From: a bacterium
GTDB taxonomy: Bacteria > Electryoneota > Electryoneia > Electryoneales > Electryoneaceae
DNA length: 64,000 nucleotides
Direction of reading: 5' to 3'
Assembly: GCA_963669175.1 (NCBI GenBank)
Contig: OY769902.1
Coordinates: 4,896,001 to 4,960,000, forward strand
The notes under the pieces were generated by a model. That model was not told the origin of the DNA and did not search any database. It saw only the letters and a program-made list of their open reading frames with translations. The stretch's first letter is position 1. Each line of letters begins with the position of its first letter. A program made the position numbers and the translations under genes. Of this stretch, positions 1 to 9,027 are shown piece by piece.

Positions 1-515
1 ACACGAACAGCCTTGCGTGATACACCGAAATGCTCCGCGAGTGCGTCAGGGCCAAGCTCTTCGTAGTTGTTCAGAAGATAGTCTTCATCTTCATTCGTCC
101 AGCGACGAGGCCCAACCTGTAACTGCTCAAGTTCGCTCTCGCCCTTGTCCGGGACTAACTCCGCAGCTTTGTGCTTGATCTTGCCGTACTTGACACGAAC
201 AGCCTTCTTGGTCACGCCGAAATGATTGGCGAGCTCTTCCAGGCTCATGCTCTGGTAGTTGGCCAGGAGATAGCGCTCGTCATCCTCGCTCCACTTCCTG
301 GGACCACGCGGCTGCTGGCCGGTCGCCGGGGCAGGCGGTGTTTCCGGGGCATGCTTCGCGATGGTATCGAAATCGGGACGATCACGAAGTTTGCCGTATT
401 TTACACGTACCGCTTTTTTGGTAACACCGAATTGACGCGCCAGCTCCTCGATCGGAGTCTTGTCATAATTGGCGACAAGATAGGCTTCGTCTTCAGGGGT
501 CCACTTTTTTGGCAT
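1..515 (-). CDS. Tandem Myb/SANT-like (GcrA-like) HTH repeat protein, 3' end beyond window edge
   Basis: Manual translation from ATG 515 (GGAG RBS upstream) is open to the window edge. It has 3 repeats: KKWTPEDEAYLVANYDKTPIEELARQFGVTKKAVRVKYGKL / RKWSEDDERYLLANYQSMSLEELANHFGVTKKAVRVKYGKI / RRWTNEDEDYLLNNYEELGPDALAEHFGVSRKAVR. Not in the supplied ORF track. Confidence 0.8.
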   Translation of the reverse strand, partial: MPKKWTPEDEAYLVANYDKTPIEELARQFGVTKKAVRVKYGKLRDRPDFDTIAKHAPETPPAPATGQQPRGPRKWSEDDERYLLANYQSMSLEELANHFGVTKKAVRVKYGKIKHKAAELVPDKGESELEQLQVGPRRWTNEDEDYLLNNYEELGPDALAEHFGVSRKAVR

Positions 516-717
516 CGTTTACTCCAGTTCAGATGTACTTGCCGTTAAACAGGCTCACAAGATAGGCTCTCGCGTCCCCGAGAGCACTGGAAATATGCTC
601 CTCCTGGAGTACCCTCTCTTCGACCATAGCTTGACTAACATAGTGGTAATAAAGATATTTCCATTACAAAACTTGTTGACAACTATCGTTTTTCTGTAAA
701 CACTCTTCAGGACAGGT

Positions 718-1293
718 ATGAATAGCAAAAACAGCAAAACGGATATCCGTATATATCTGGCTGCTGAGAGGCTTTTTCTCCGGTTCGGGTACTCGCGGAC
801 CTCGATCAGTCACATCTGTTCCACCGCAGGAGTCTCTCGTCCATTCTTCTACAAGCATTTCAGGGATAAGCAGGAGTTGCTGGCAAGATTGCTCTTTCAG
901 GTTGCCCGAGAAGGTGTTACCGGCTGGCAAAACTCATTACGCAATGCGCCTTCACTGGAGCAACGGATAGCAAAATTCTGCCGTTCCTACCTGGAGTTTT
1001 GTCATGATCACCCAATCCTGGTACGCCCCCAGACGGATTCTGAAATGGCATCAGCTCTGGGCGCCGGGAAATACACTGTTCATCCCTATCCGATTTTGGA
1101 ATGCTGGTATGACGATGTTGTTCAGAATGATGCTGATCGTTTGTTTCGGGGTACATCACCTTCCTCGGCTGCATGGATAACACTTACCCTTCTCGATGGC
1201 ATTTTCCGATCAGGCACAGCCGACAGCGACCTTTTCGCTGCGATGGAGAATACTCTCATTCGTGGCCTGGTGGATCATCTTGCAGGCCGCTGA
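718..1293 (+). CDS. TetR/AcrR family transcriptional regulator
   Basis: N-terminal AAERLFLRFGYSRTSISHICSTAGVSRPFFYKHFRDKQELL is a TetR HTH signature; 191 aa. Confidence 0.85.
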   Translation: MNSKNSKTDIRIYLAAERLFLRFGYSRTSISHICSTAGVSRPFFYKHFRDKQELLARLLFQVAREGVTGWQNSLRNAPSLEQRIAKFCRSYLEFCHDHPILVRPQTDSEMASALGAGKYTVHPYPILECWYDDVVQNDADRLFRGTSPSSAAWITLTLLDGIFRSGTADSDLFAAMENTLIRGLVDHLAGR

Positions 1294-1331
1294 CAATCCT
1301 CCTATTTTCGGGCAAAACCACTTGGGGTGTT

Positions 1332-1895
1332 ATGAGCAGAGATAAGTTCAGAGCTTTCATTGCCATCGAGTTACCGGATCAACTGAAAACCGATCTGGAA
1401 AACCTTACCCGTTTGCTTGATTCCCCCGGAGCAGAGGTGAAATGGGTTGGCCGACGGCAAATGCACCTGACCTTGAAATTTCTTGGAGATATTACTTCCG
1501 CCCAGGCTCAAATGCTGAGAACATCACTGGAAAAAGCAGTGTCGCAATACCCGTTGTCCGAGATTCAAATCGGTGGGATTGGCGCATTTCCAACAGTATC
1601 CCGTCCAAAAGTGATCTGGGTTGGCGTCAAAGCAGACCGTTTGATGCTTGATCTTCAAGATGCGGTGGAACAAGCTTCCATTGCCGCAGGTATTCCTGCT
1701 GAACAGAGAGCATTTAAACCACATCTTACTCTTGGACGCGTGAAGTACGTGGATAGGAATTCAGAATTACCGGCACGAATCAGACAAATGGATCTTGAAG
1801 AAATGGTTATCTCAATTCCATCAATCAGCCTGATCCAAAGCTCGTTGACACCCAAAGGCCCGGTTTATACCATTCTGAAGGCAGTACATCCGTAA
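1332..1895 (+). CDS. thpR: RNA 2',3'-cyclic phosphodiesterase (2H phosphoesterase, LigT/ThpR)
   Basis: RAFIAIELP start and two HxT motifs (HLTLKFLG, PHLTLGRVK), GAFP motif; usual neighbour of recA. Start moved to ATG 1332. Confidence 0.92.
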   Translation: MSRDKFRAFIAIELPDQLKTDLENLTRLLDSPGAEVKWVGRRQMHLTLKFLGDITSAQAQMLRTSLEKAVSQYPLSEIQIGGIGAFPTVSRPKVIWVGVKADRLMLDLQDAVEQASIAAGIPAEQRAFKPHLTLGRVKYVDRNSELPARIRQMDLEEMVISIPSISLIQSSLTPKGPVYTILKAVHP

Positions 1896-1929
1896 AAATG
1901 ACTCCGGGAGCCGTAAGGGTAAAAGATAC

Positions 1930-1962
1930 TGCACACATGTGCATTTACTGAACAAAAGTACT
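1930..1962. promoter_or_regulatory. Putative LexA (SOS) operator(s) upstream of recA
   Basis: TGCAC-ACAT-GTGCA (1930-1943) has perfectly inverted 5-bp arms; a related TGAAC-AAAA-GTACT lies at 1949-1962. Both are 45-77 bp upstream of the recA ATG. Confidence 0.55.
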
Positions 1963-2006
1963 ATCTTGTGTTCAAACAAAACCAGACGATTTACATGGAG
2001 ATACCA

Positions 2007-3068
2007 ATGGCGAAAGCGAAGCAGGAGCCGAGCGGGAATCAGCGGGAACGAGCTGTTGATCTTGCCGTAGCTCAGATTGAAAAGCAGTTTGGCAAAGGCA
2101 GCATCATGCGTCTCGGTGAAGATGGTGCCAAGGTGCAGGTTGAATCCATCCCGACCGGTTCGCTGGCACTGGATACCGCCCTGGGAATTGGCGGGGTTCC
2201 ACGCGGGCGAGTGACGGAGATTTACGGTCCTGAAGCGTCCGGTAAAACCACCCTGACCCTTCACCTGATTGCAGAAGCGCAGAAGCGTGGTGGTATCGCT
2301 GCTTTTATCGATGCGGAGCACGCTCTTGATCCCGGCTATGCGGCCAAGCTTGGCGTAGATATAGAGAATCTGCTTATCAGCCAGCCCGACACCGGTGAAC
2401 AGGCTCTGGAAATTGCCGAGACACTGGTTCGTAGCGGCGCCATGGATATCGTCGTGGTTGACTCGGTGGCAGCTCTGGTGCCACGTGCGGAAATTGAAGG
2501 TGAAATGGGCGACAGTCATGTCGGTTTGCAGGCACGCCTGATGAGCCAGGCCCTGCGTAAGCTGACCGGCACTGTATCCAAGAGCCGTACTGCCTTTGTG
2601 TTCATTAACCAGATCCGCATGAAGATCGGCGTCATGTTCGGCAATCCCGAAACCACCAGCGGTGGTAACGCCTTGAAGTTTTACAGCTCAGTGCGTATGG
2701 ATATCAGGCGTATTGCTTCTATCAAAGACGGAAACGATGTAATCGGCAACCGTACCCGGGTCAAGATTGTCAAGAACAAGATGGCGCCGCCTTTCCGTAA
2801 CGCGGAATTCGACATTTTCTACGGACACGGCATCAGCCGTAGCGGTGATATCCTTGACCTGGCGCTGCAGGAAGACATTTTATCGCGTAGCGGCACCTGG
2901 TTCAGCTATGGCGATGAGAGGCTTGGACAGGGACGTGAAAGGGTGCGTCTTTTCCTCGAGGACAATCCCGAATTGTTAGCCGAGATTGAAGGTAAGGTGC
3001 GTGAGAAACTGAGGCCTTCCGAAACACCGGAACCAGACAAGCAAGCAGTAGACAAAGAAGAAGAATAG
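2007..3068 (+). CDS. recA: Recombinase RecA
   Basis: GPEASGKTT Walker [34 protein letters not shown] motifs; ATG 2007 with GGAG RBS. Confidence 0.99.
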   Translation: MAKAKQEPSGNQRERAVDLAVAQIEKQFGKGSIMRLGEDGAKVQVESIPTGSLALDTALGIGGVPRGRVTEIYGPEASGKTTLTLHLIAEAQKRGGIAAFIDAEHALDPGYAAKLGVDIENLLISQPDTGEQALEIAETLVRSGAMDIVVVDSVAALVPRAEIEGEMGDSHVGLQARLMSQALRKLTGTVSKSRTAFVFINQIRMKIGVMFGNPETTSGGNALKFYSSVRMDIRRIASIKDGNDVIGNRTRVKIVKNKMAPPFRNAEFDIFYGHGISRSGDILDLALQEDILSRSGTWFSYGDERLGQGRERVRLFLEDNPELLAEIEGKVREKLRPSETPEPDKQAVDKEEE

Positions 3069-3094
3069 CAGAACATCCAGGGATTTGACATAAT

Positions 3095-3129
3095 ACCCGG
3101 CATGGACATGTTCATGTCGGGTTTCTTTT
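3095..3129 (+). terminator. Rho-independent terminator after recA
   Basis: CCCGGCATGGAC/GTTCATGTCGGG stem followed by TTTCTTTT. Confidence 0.55.
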
Positions 3130-3159
3130 CAGGACAGTATTGTCACTGGAAGCAGCTTA

Positions 3160-3310
3160 CAACTCCAAAGGAGGTGGCAGACTGCTGACAAATCCTGTCC
3201 ACAACTCCTTCGGAGTATTTCTACTACTTCTTTCCTTCGGAGTATTTCTGCTACTCTACTCCTTCGGAGTTTTTCTTCTCCCCCTCTCCTTCGGAGTACT
3301 TCTACTACCC
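3160..3310. repeat. REP-like element plus 4x 27-bp tandem array with ACTCCTTCGGAGT hairpin core
   Basis: CTTCGG cores at 3208, 3235, 3262 and 3289 (exact 27-bp period); a related AACTCCAAAGGAG lies upstream at ~3161. Confidence 0.8.
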
Positions 3311-3323
3311 ATTTTCTTCTATG

Positions 3324-3606
3324 TATAGCCATTCCCATTATTGATCCTTCATATGTCATGTTGCATATCAGTGAAAGATCAGTTATATAGTTGGAATAAA
3401 GGATTTGGAAAAAGGGGACAGTTTCCTTTCCCTGGGGCAAAACCTTCCCGCTGTGAACATGGACCGGGAAAGGTGGCTGTACCGTTTTTCTTGCGAGCAG
3501 GCAGGAAGTACACGGAAAAGGGGACAGTTTCCTTTTCCAGGAATACTTCAGGAATATTCCATATCAGCGCGAGGAAAAGGATCCCGTCCCCTTTTCCCGG
3601 CAATCT
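3324..3606 (+). repeat. ~283-bp dispersed element (MITE/REPIN-like), copy 1
   Basis: Aligns by eye along its whole length with the reverse complement of 52804-53093; internal AAAAGGGGACAGTTTCCTTT motifs. Confidence 0.85.
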
Positions 3607-3744
3607 CCCTTGTGACGGAATAAAATCGAGAACAGTTGTACATCTATTACTCCACTCTTTCAGCGTACTTCCCAATCCATCAATTGGCAAAACCATTTCA
3701 AGCCACCATCTTGCCGTATTGCTCATTTACGAATACTTTATAGG

Positions 3745-4215
3745 ATGCAAAGGAAAAAGAAGAAGAGTGACGTGAAACGGTCTACCTCGGACGCAGGGCT
3801 GGATTTGCTTGCAAGGCGTGACCATTTTGCGGCCGAGCTCAGGCTGAAGCTGCGGCAAAAGGATTTTCCGATTGATGAGATTGAGGACTTCATACAGAAG
3901 GCGATGGAACACGGTTGGATCAACGACCGTACAAGCACACAGAAGTACCTGGCAGAACAAATCAGGAAAGGTGGGCACGGCCGTCTGTGGGTGCAGGCCA
4001 AGCTGATGCAAAAGGGAATTGATGCCTCTCTGCTTGAAGAGCTGCTGTCCCAGGAATGGGATGATCAGGTCGAGAAAGACTTGGCCTTGCAGCAACTGGC
4101 CCGGGAGCAGCTTTCCTTTTCTTCATCCGGTATACACGAACAGAAGAAAGTATGGGACAAGCTTCTCCGACGGGGTTTTAACCGGAGCATTGTTTTTGAT
4201 ATCATGAACCGGTAA
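3745..4215 (+). CDS. recX: Regulatory protein RecX
   Basis: LLARRDHFAAELRLKL, GWINDR, GHGRLWVQAKLMQKGI, KLLRRGF are RecX-like motifs; downstream of recA. Start uncertain. Confidence 0.8.
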   Translation: MQRKKKKSDVKRSTSDAGLDLLARRDHFAAELRLKLRQKDFPIDEIEDFIQKAMEHGWINDRTSTQKYLAEQIRKGGHGRLWVQAKLMQKGIDASLLEELLSQEWDDQVEKDLALQQLAREQLSFSSSGIHEQKKVWDKLLRRGFNRSIVFDIMNR

Positions 4216-4315
4216 AATTGAAAATGGAGACGCGCTTATTTGTAGGAAACAAATGCGAGTGCATGTTCTATTCCTTATATTTGGACGATTGGCGTAACGT
4301 ATGCAGGAGGCCTTG

Positions 4316-4831
4316 ATGGACAGGGAGCGAATTCGTGAGAGATTGTCCTTTCCAGTGAAGGGGTTGATGTCGATGGCCTCTCACCTGTGGGTTTTAGGAC
4401 GCTTGCGAAAGAGTGCTGCTGAGTTGTACACTCAACGACGGGAGATTGTGCGTCAGTGGACTGATAAACTGATGCCACGTTTTTTGAAGAGCGAAACTGT
4501 CGAGACGGTAAAGCCGTCCGTCATGGATAAAGTGTTTTCGCGAAAAACTGATTTGACACCTTTACCCAAAGGGGGAGCAATGGCTGAGAAGAAAAAGGGC
4601 TGGCCCTGGTTTAAAATTATCCTCATTGTCGGGGTTTTGATTGCATTGGCGATCTTCATTCTGGATCGCATCCTGCCGAAGCCGTACGAAGATGATGACC
4701 TGGATGATGCCTGGGCAGACGAAGACGATGATTTTGGTGATGACGAATTCGCCGAAGAACGTCCCCCGGCAGCAGACGCCGCTTACGATTTCAACGAAGA
4801 AGACGAAGCGGACGAAAAAGAAGACAAGTAG
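4316..4831 (+). CDS. Hypothetical single-pass membrane protein with acidic C-terminal tail
   Basis: AGGAGG RBS before ATG 4316 and a second GGGGGAG RBS before in-frame ATG 4580; TM segment WFKIILIVGVLIALAIFIL; D/E-rich tail. Confidence 0.6.
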   Translation: MDRERIRERLSFPVKGLMSMASHLWVLGRLRKSAAELYTQRREIVRQWTDKLMPRFLKSETVETVKPSVMDKVFSRKTDLTPLPKGGAMAEKKKGWPWFKIILIVGVLIALAIFILDRILPKPYEDDDLDDAWADEDDDFGDDEFAEERPPAADAAYDFNEEDEADEKEDK

Positions 4832-4879
4832 TTTTTGACATTTAAAGCCGATATCTGCGTATAACCCAAGAGGCAATTC

Positions 4880-5092
4880 GTGTCCTTTTTCAATGGCACA
4901 ATAGCGATCATGGGTGGAGTAATCGGAGCGGTTCTGCTGATTTTGGCAATCATTAACGGGCAACTGAACGTTCCTTCCGCTCTGCTCAGTGGTCTGTTGA
5001 TTCTGTTTGGATTATTGTCCGTATGGACTCGAATCCAACGGAACCGCAGGCATAAACGCTACGCAGAAGAGATACAGGAAGACGAACTGTAG
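4880..5092 (+). CDS. Small two-TM membrane protein
   Basis: GAGG RBS, GTG start, two hydrophobic helices then a basic stretch; co-oriented in the recX-alaS run. Confidence 0.5.
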   Translation: MSFFNGTIAIMGGVIGAVLLILAIINGQLNVPSALLSGLLILFGLLSVWTRIQRNRRHKRYAEEIQEDEL

Positions 5093-5175
5093 CATCGGTT
5101 TTTAAGACAAGTTTTGCAACGACCCGGATCGGGAAGCTGATCCGGGTTCTTGCCATCTAGGCAGTGAGGTGAGTT

Positions 5176-8148
5176 GTGACCGCCGCGGAAATTCGACAGA
5201 TATTTCTTGACTATTTCAGTAAAAAGCATGATCACAGGATTGTGCCGTCCGCACCGGTATTCCCGCAGGATGACCCTACCCTGTTGTTCACCAACGCAGG
5301 GATGAATCAGTTCAAGGACGTCTTCCTGGGCAAGGGCGAGCGAGCCTATACCCGCGCAGTGGACAGTCAGAAGTGCATCCGTGTTTCCGGGAAGCACAAT
5401 GACCTGGAAGAGGTCGGTCCAAGCCCGATTCACCACACTTTTTTTGAAATGCTGGGCAACTGGTCATTTGGTGACTATTACAAGGCTGAAGCGATTCGCT
5501 GGGCCTGGGAACTGATGACCGAAGTTTACAAGCTGGACAAGAGCAAGCTGTACGCGACAGTTTACCGTGAAGATGATGAAGCGCATAAGCTGTGGGAAAC
5601 GGAAACGGATATGGCTCCCTCCCACATCAGCCGTCACGGTGACAAGGACAACTTCTGGGAGATGGGCGAAGTTGGTCCCTGCGGTCCCTGCAGCGAACTT
5701 CATTATGACCTCGGTGAACCGTTGCCAGGCAAGGTGAGCGGACCGGATGACGGCCCCAACACCGACACCGGACGTTTTATCGAGCTGTGGAACCTGGTTT
5801 TTATCCAGCATCATCGCGACGCTGATGGCACCTTGCACGATCTTCCAGCCACACATGTGGACACCGGGGCAGGCCTGGAACGTATCGCACGAGTCACCCA
5901 AGGCGTCAATTCCAATTACGAAACCGATCTTTTCCTGCCCTTGATCAAGATGGTCGAAGAAATGACCGCCATCCCCTATGATATCAAGGGAATTCACATT
6001 CCTCACCGTGTCATTTCCGATCATATCCGTTCCTTGAGTTTCGCCATCGCTGATGGCGCATTGCCCAGCAATGAAGGACGTGGTTATGTGTTGCGCCGCA
6101 TCTTGCGCCGTGCGGCACGCTTCGGACGTGAGCTGAACATTGACGGCCCCTTCCTGGTTGACATGGTCCCCGTTCTGGTAGATTTGATGGGGAATGCCTA
6201 CCCGGAATTGAAACAGCGCGAAAAGCACATCCGTCATGTCATCCAGGCGGAAGAGGAAAGCTTTGGCCGCACCCTGTCTACAGGGCTGGTCAAGTTTAAC
6301 GAGTATTACTCCAATGCGATTGAACACCTTGAGGAAATGGATGCCTATCGCAAGTGGGCGCAATCTGTCAAGGCCGAAATCACGGATGAGATGCTCGATT
6401 CACGTACTATCGAAACTCTCAACGATGCACTAACGGAAATCATTCGTCCTCCGCAGGACCGCAGGCAGGAATTTTATAGTCCCTACGTGCTGGACAGTCT
6501 GTTGGAAGGCTCGTTCGACGTCCTGAAATCCTATGTCGGTGAGGAGAAGACTGAAGCGTTGGTCGATAGCTACGCACAGATCAAGCAGCAAATCACGCTC
6601 GGCGGAACAGCCGTATTTGACCTGTACCAGACCTATGGTTTCCCGCTGGACCTGACCCAGCAGATGGCGCGCGAACGCGGCGTACCGGTTGACGAAGAAG
6701 GTTTCCGCAAGGCGCTTGAAGCTCAACGCGCTCAATCACGTGACGCGCACCATTTTGTCCTTGGTGAAGGCAAGTTTATTACGGTCACTGAAGGCCGTCA
6801 TTCCGAGTATGTCGGGTATGACCGTTTGACCAATCGCACCAGTATTCGTGTCTTCCGTTTCACCGAAGGCGAGTGGAATGATGCGAAGAATCCTGACAAG
6901 CCGGCCCCGACCGTCGAAATTATCCTGGAACGTACCCCGTTCTACGCCGAATCCGGCGGACAGGTTGCGGACTTCGGCACGATCTGCGGTGATGAGCTGG
7001 AACTGGAAGTGACCAATGTATATCAGGACGGCGATATGCGTGTGCATGTCTGCAAGGCGCATAAGCTTCCGGAAGAAGAATTTGACTGGCCGGGTCATGT
7101 AGTTGCCGCGGTGGATGTCAACCGCCGTGGACGCATCATACCGCATCACACTACAACCCACCTGGTACAGGCCGCGCTGCAGAAGTACCTGGGCAAACAT
7201 ATCAGCCAGGCCGGGTCGTGGGTCGGTCCCGATTACATGACCTTCGACTTCACCCATTTCGAGAAAGTACCGGCGGACATCATTCGCAAGGCGGAAGACC
7301 AGGTCAATGAGTGGATTCGTGCTGACCTGCCGGTATCATCCATGCACACTACGGTCGATGAAGCCAAAGAAATGGGCGCGATGGCATTGTTCGGTGAGAA
7401 ATACGGTGATGTTGTCCGCATGATCTCCATCGGCGAGGAAGACGGTTACGTTTCCCGTGAACTCTGCGGTGGAACTCACGTCCAACGCACCGGTGAAGTA
7501 TCCCTGTTCCGAATTGAATCGGAAAGCGCTGTCAGCGCGGGGGTGCGGCGTATTGAGTGTACTGCCGGTGAAGCGGCATATGTGAAGACCATGCAGGAAC
7601 GTGACACGCTGAACCGTATGATTGATATGGTCGGCAGTCGTGGTTCCGATCCGGCAGAGAAGCTTCAGAAACTGATGGACCAGAAGAAAGACATGGAAAA
7701 GGAGATCGACCGTCTCAAGAAAGCCGCTTTGCAGGGCGCGGTGAACTTCATCAACGATTGGGGCGGCGAGATCAATCTTCCTTCCGGTCCGGTCACCCTG
7801 ATTTCCGGTGTCTATGATGCGGCAACGGATCGCGATGCCCTTCAGGCGGCAGGCGACAAGATCCTGGAAGACTTGAAGAAAGCTAAAGTGGAAGGGATCG
7901 GCATCGTTGGCGCACCTCTGGAAAAGACTTTCATGTTCGTCACAGTTGTCACTCCGGAACTGGTCAAAAGCAAACTGGCCAATGCCGGGAAGATTGTTGG
8001 CGCTATTGCGAAGAAAGCCGGTGGCGGTGGTGGCGGAAAGCCGAATTTTGCTACTGCAGGAAGCAAAAACCTGGACAATGCCAATTCGCTGTTACGCAAT
8101 CGGAAAGAAATCGAAAGCATTGTGAGCGATTGTCTTTCGTCACAATAA
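5176..8148 (+). CDS. alaS: Alanine--tRNA ligase
   Basis: DPTLLFTNAGMNQFK, HHTFFEMLGNWSFGDYYK, GRGYVLRRILRRA, editing-site HTTTHL and ELCGGTHV, C-terminal GGGGGKPNFATAG. Confidence 0.99.
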   Translation: MTAAEIRQIFLDYFSKKHDHRIVPSAPVFPQDDPTLLFTNAGMNQFKDVFLGKGERAYTRAVDSQKCIRVSGKHNDLEEVGPSPIHHTFFEMLGNWSFGDYYKAEAIRWAWELMTEVYKLDKSKLYATVYREDDEAHKLWETETDMAPSHISRHGDKDNFWEMGEVGPCGPCSELHYDLGEPLPGKVSGPDDGPNTDTGRFIELWNLVFIQHHRDADGTLHDLPATHVDTGAGLERIARVTQGVNSNYETDLFLPLIKMVEEMTAIPYDIKGIHIPHRVISDHIRSLSFAIADGALPSNEGRGYVLRRILRRAARFGRELNIDGPFLVDMVPVLVDLMGNAYPELKQREKHIRHVIQAEEESFGRTLSTGLVKFNEYYSNAIEHLEEMDAYRKWAQSVKAEITDEMLDSRTIETLNDALTEIIRPPQDRRQEFYSPYVLDSLLEGSFDVLKSYVGEEKTEALVDSYAQIKQQITLGGTAVFDLYQTYGFPLDLTQQMARERGVPVDEEGFRKALEAQRAQSRDAHHFVLGEGKFITVTEGRHSEYVGYDRLTNRTSIRVFRFTEGEWNDAKNPDKPAPTVEIILERTPFYAESGGQVADFGTICGDELELEVTNVYQDGDMRVHVCKAHKLPEEEFDWPGHVVAAVDVNRRGRIIPHHTTTHLVQAALQKYLGKHISQAGSWVGPDYMTFDFTHFEKVPADIIRKAEDQVNEWIRADLPVSSMHTTVDEAKEMGAMALFGEKYGDVVRMISIGEEDGYVSRELCGGTHVQRTGEVSLFRIESESAVSAGVRRIECTAGEAAYVKTMQERDTLNRMIDMVGSRGSDPAEKLQKLMDQKKDMEKEIDRLKKAALQGAVNFINDWGGEINLPSGPVTLISGVYDAATDRDALQAAGDKILEDLKKAKVEGIGIVGAPLEKTFMFVTVVTPELVKSKLANAGKIVGAIAKKAGGGGGGKPNFATAGSKNLDNANSLLRNRKEIESIVSDCLSSQ

Positions 8149-8198
8149 TTCGTTATTTATCCCCCTATGTTGTTGGAACACAAAAGGGATTTTGACGG

Positions 8199-9017
8199 TT
8201 GAAAGATACTTGTTATAACCGGTTGTTCACCGATGGCGTTATTAAAACGTCGAAACAGTTCTGGGTTCTGCTAGACCCGGACCGCGACAGCCCCGCACAA
8301 TTGCGTGATGCGGCTGAACTCGCTGTGGATAATGGCGCGGACGCCCTGTTGGTGGGCAGCAGTTATTACGAACGGAATGACTTTGACGCTTCTGTACAAG
8401 CAGTGCGCGAAGGTTCGAACAGTGCTGTCCCCATCATGCTGTTCCCCGGCGATCACCGTCAATTGTCCGCCTATGCCGATGCCCTGCTGTTCCTGAATCT
8501 GCTATCCGGCCGCAACGCCCAATACCTGGTCGGTGAACAGATGCTTGCCGCGCCGCGTGTGCGTAACATGGGCCTGGAAACCATCCCGGTCGGCTATATC
8601 CTTGTAGAATCCGGTCGAGTTACCAGTGTTCAGAGTGTAACCGGCACCTCCCCTATCCCCCGTGACAAACCTGAACTGATCGCTTCCCATGCCCTTGCCG
8701 GACAATACCTCGGTCATAAGGTGATCTACCTGGAAGCCGGTAGCGGCGCGAAGTGGCGTGTCCCCGATGAAGCGATTTCATTGACACGTCACACGGTTGA
8801 GATTCCGCTCATCGTTGGCGGCGGCCTGCGTACCCCGGAAAATGCGCGTGACGCTGCTGAAGCGGGCGCAGATGTGATCGTTGTCGGCACCGCCCTGGAA
8901 CAACGCCGCGAACGTGAGCTGATGATCGACATGGCCGAAGCTGTCCACAACGCGAATGGCAAAACCCGCCATGTAAATGTGGATGACCTGCTGAAACAGG
9001 TTTTCGGGGACGATTGA
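8199..9017 (+). CDS. Geranylgeranylglyceryl phosphate synthase (group II GGGPS family)
   Basis: LLDPD, LFPG, ADALLFLNLLSGRNAQYLVGEQ, YLEAGSGA, IVGGGLR, GADVIVVGT motifs. Confidence 0.92.
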   Translation: MKDTCYNRLFTDGVIKTSKQFWVLLDPDRDSPAQLRDAAELAVDNGADALLVGSSYYERNDFDASVQAVREGSNSAVPIMLFPGDHRQLSAYADALLFLNLLSGRNAQYLVGEQMLAAPRVRNMGLETIPVGYILVESGRVTSVQSVTGTSPIPRDKPELIASHALAGQYLGHKVIYLEAGSGAKWRVPDEAISLTRHTVEIPLIVGGGLRTPENARDAAEAGADVIVVGTALEQRRERELMIDMAEAVHNANGKTRHVNVDDLLKQVFGDD

Positions 9018-9027
9018 TCTTTCTCTG

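Noticed and set aside
171-548. 125-aa plus-strand ORF in the track
   Set aside because: Antisense shadow of the minus-strand Myb-like repeat gene, which has an RBS and clear internal repeats.
3204-3310. Possible CRISPR array
   Set aside because: Repeat core ~13 bp, linkers 14 bp and mutually similar, and no cas genes in the window.
3129-3775. Short ORFs over the recA-recX spacer (likewise 34305-34794 and 52772-53068)
   Set aside because: They are translations of repeat elements without credible RBS or domain.
6295-6600. Intein in alaS
   Set aside because: No Cys/Ser N-terminal block, no His-Asn C-terminus and no LAGLIDADG motif.
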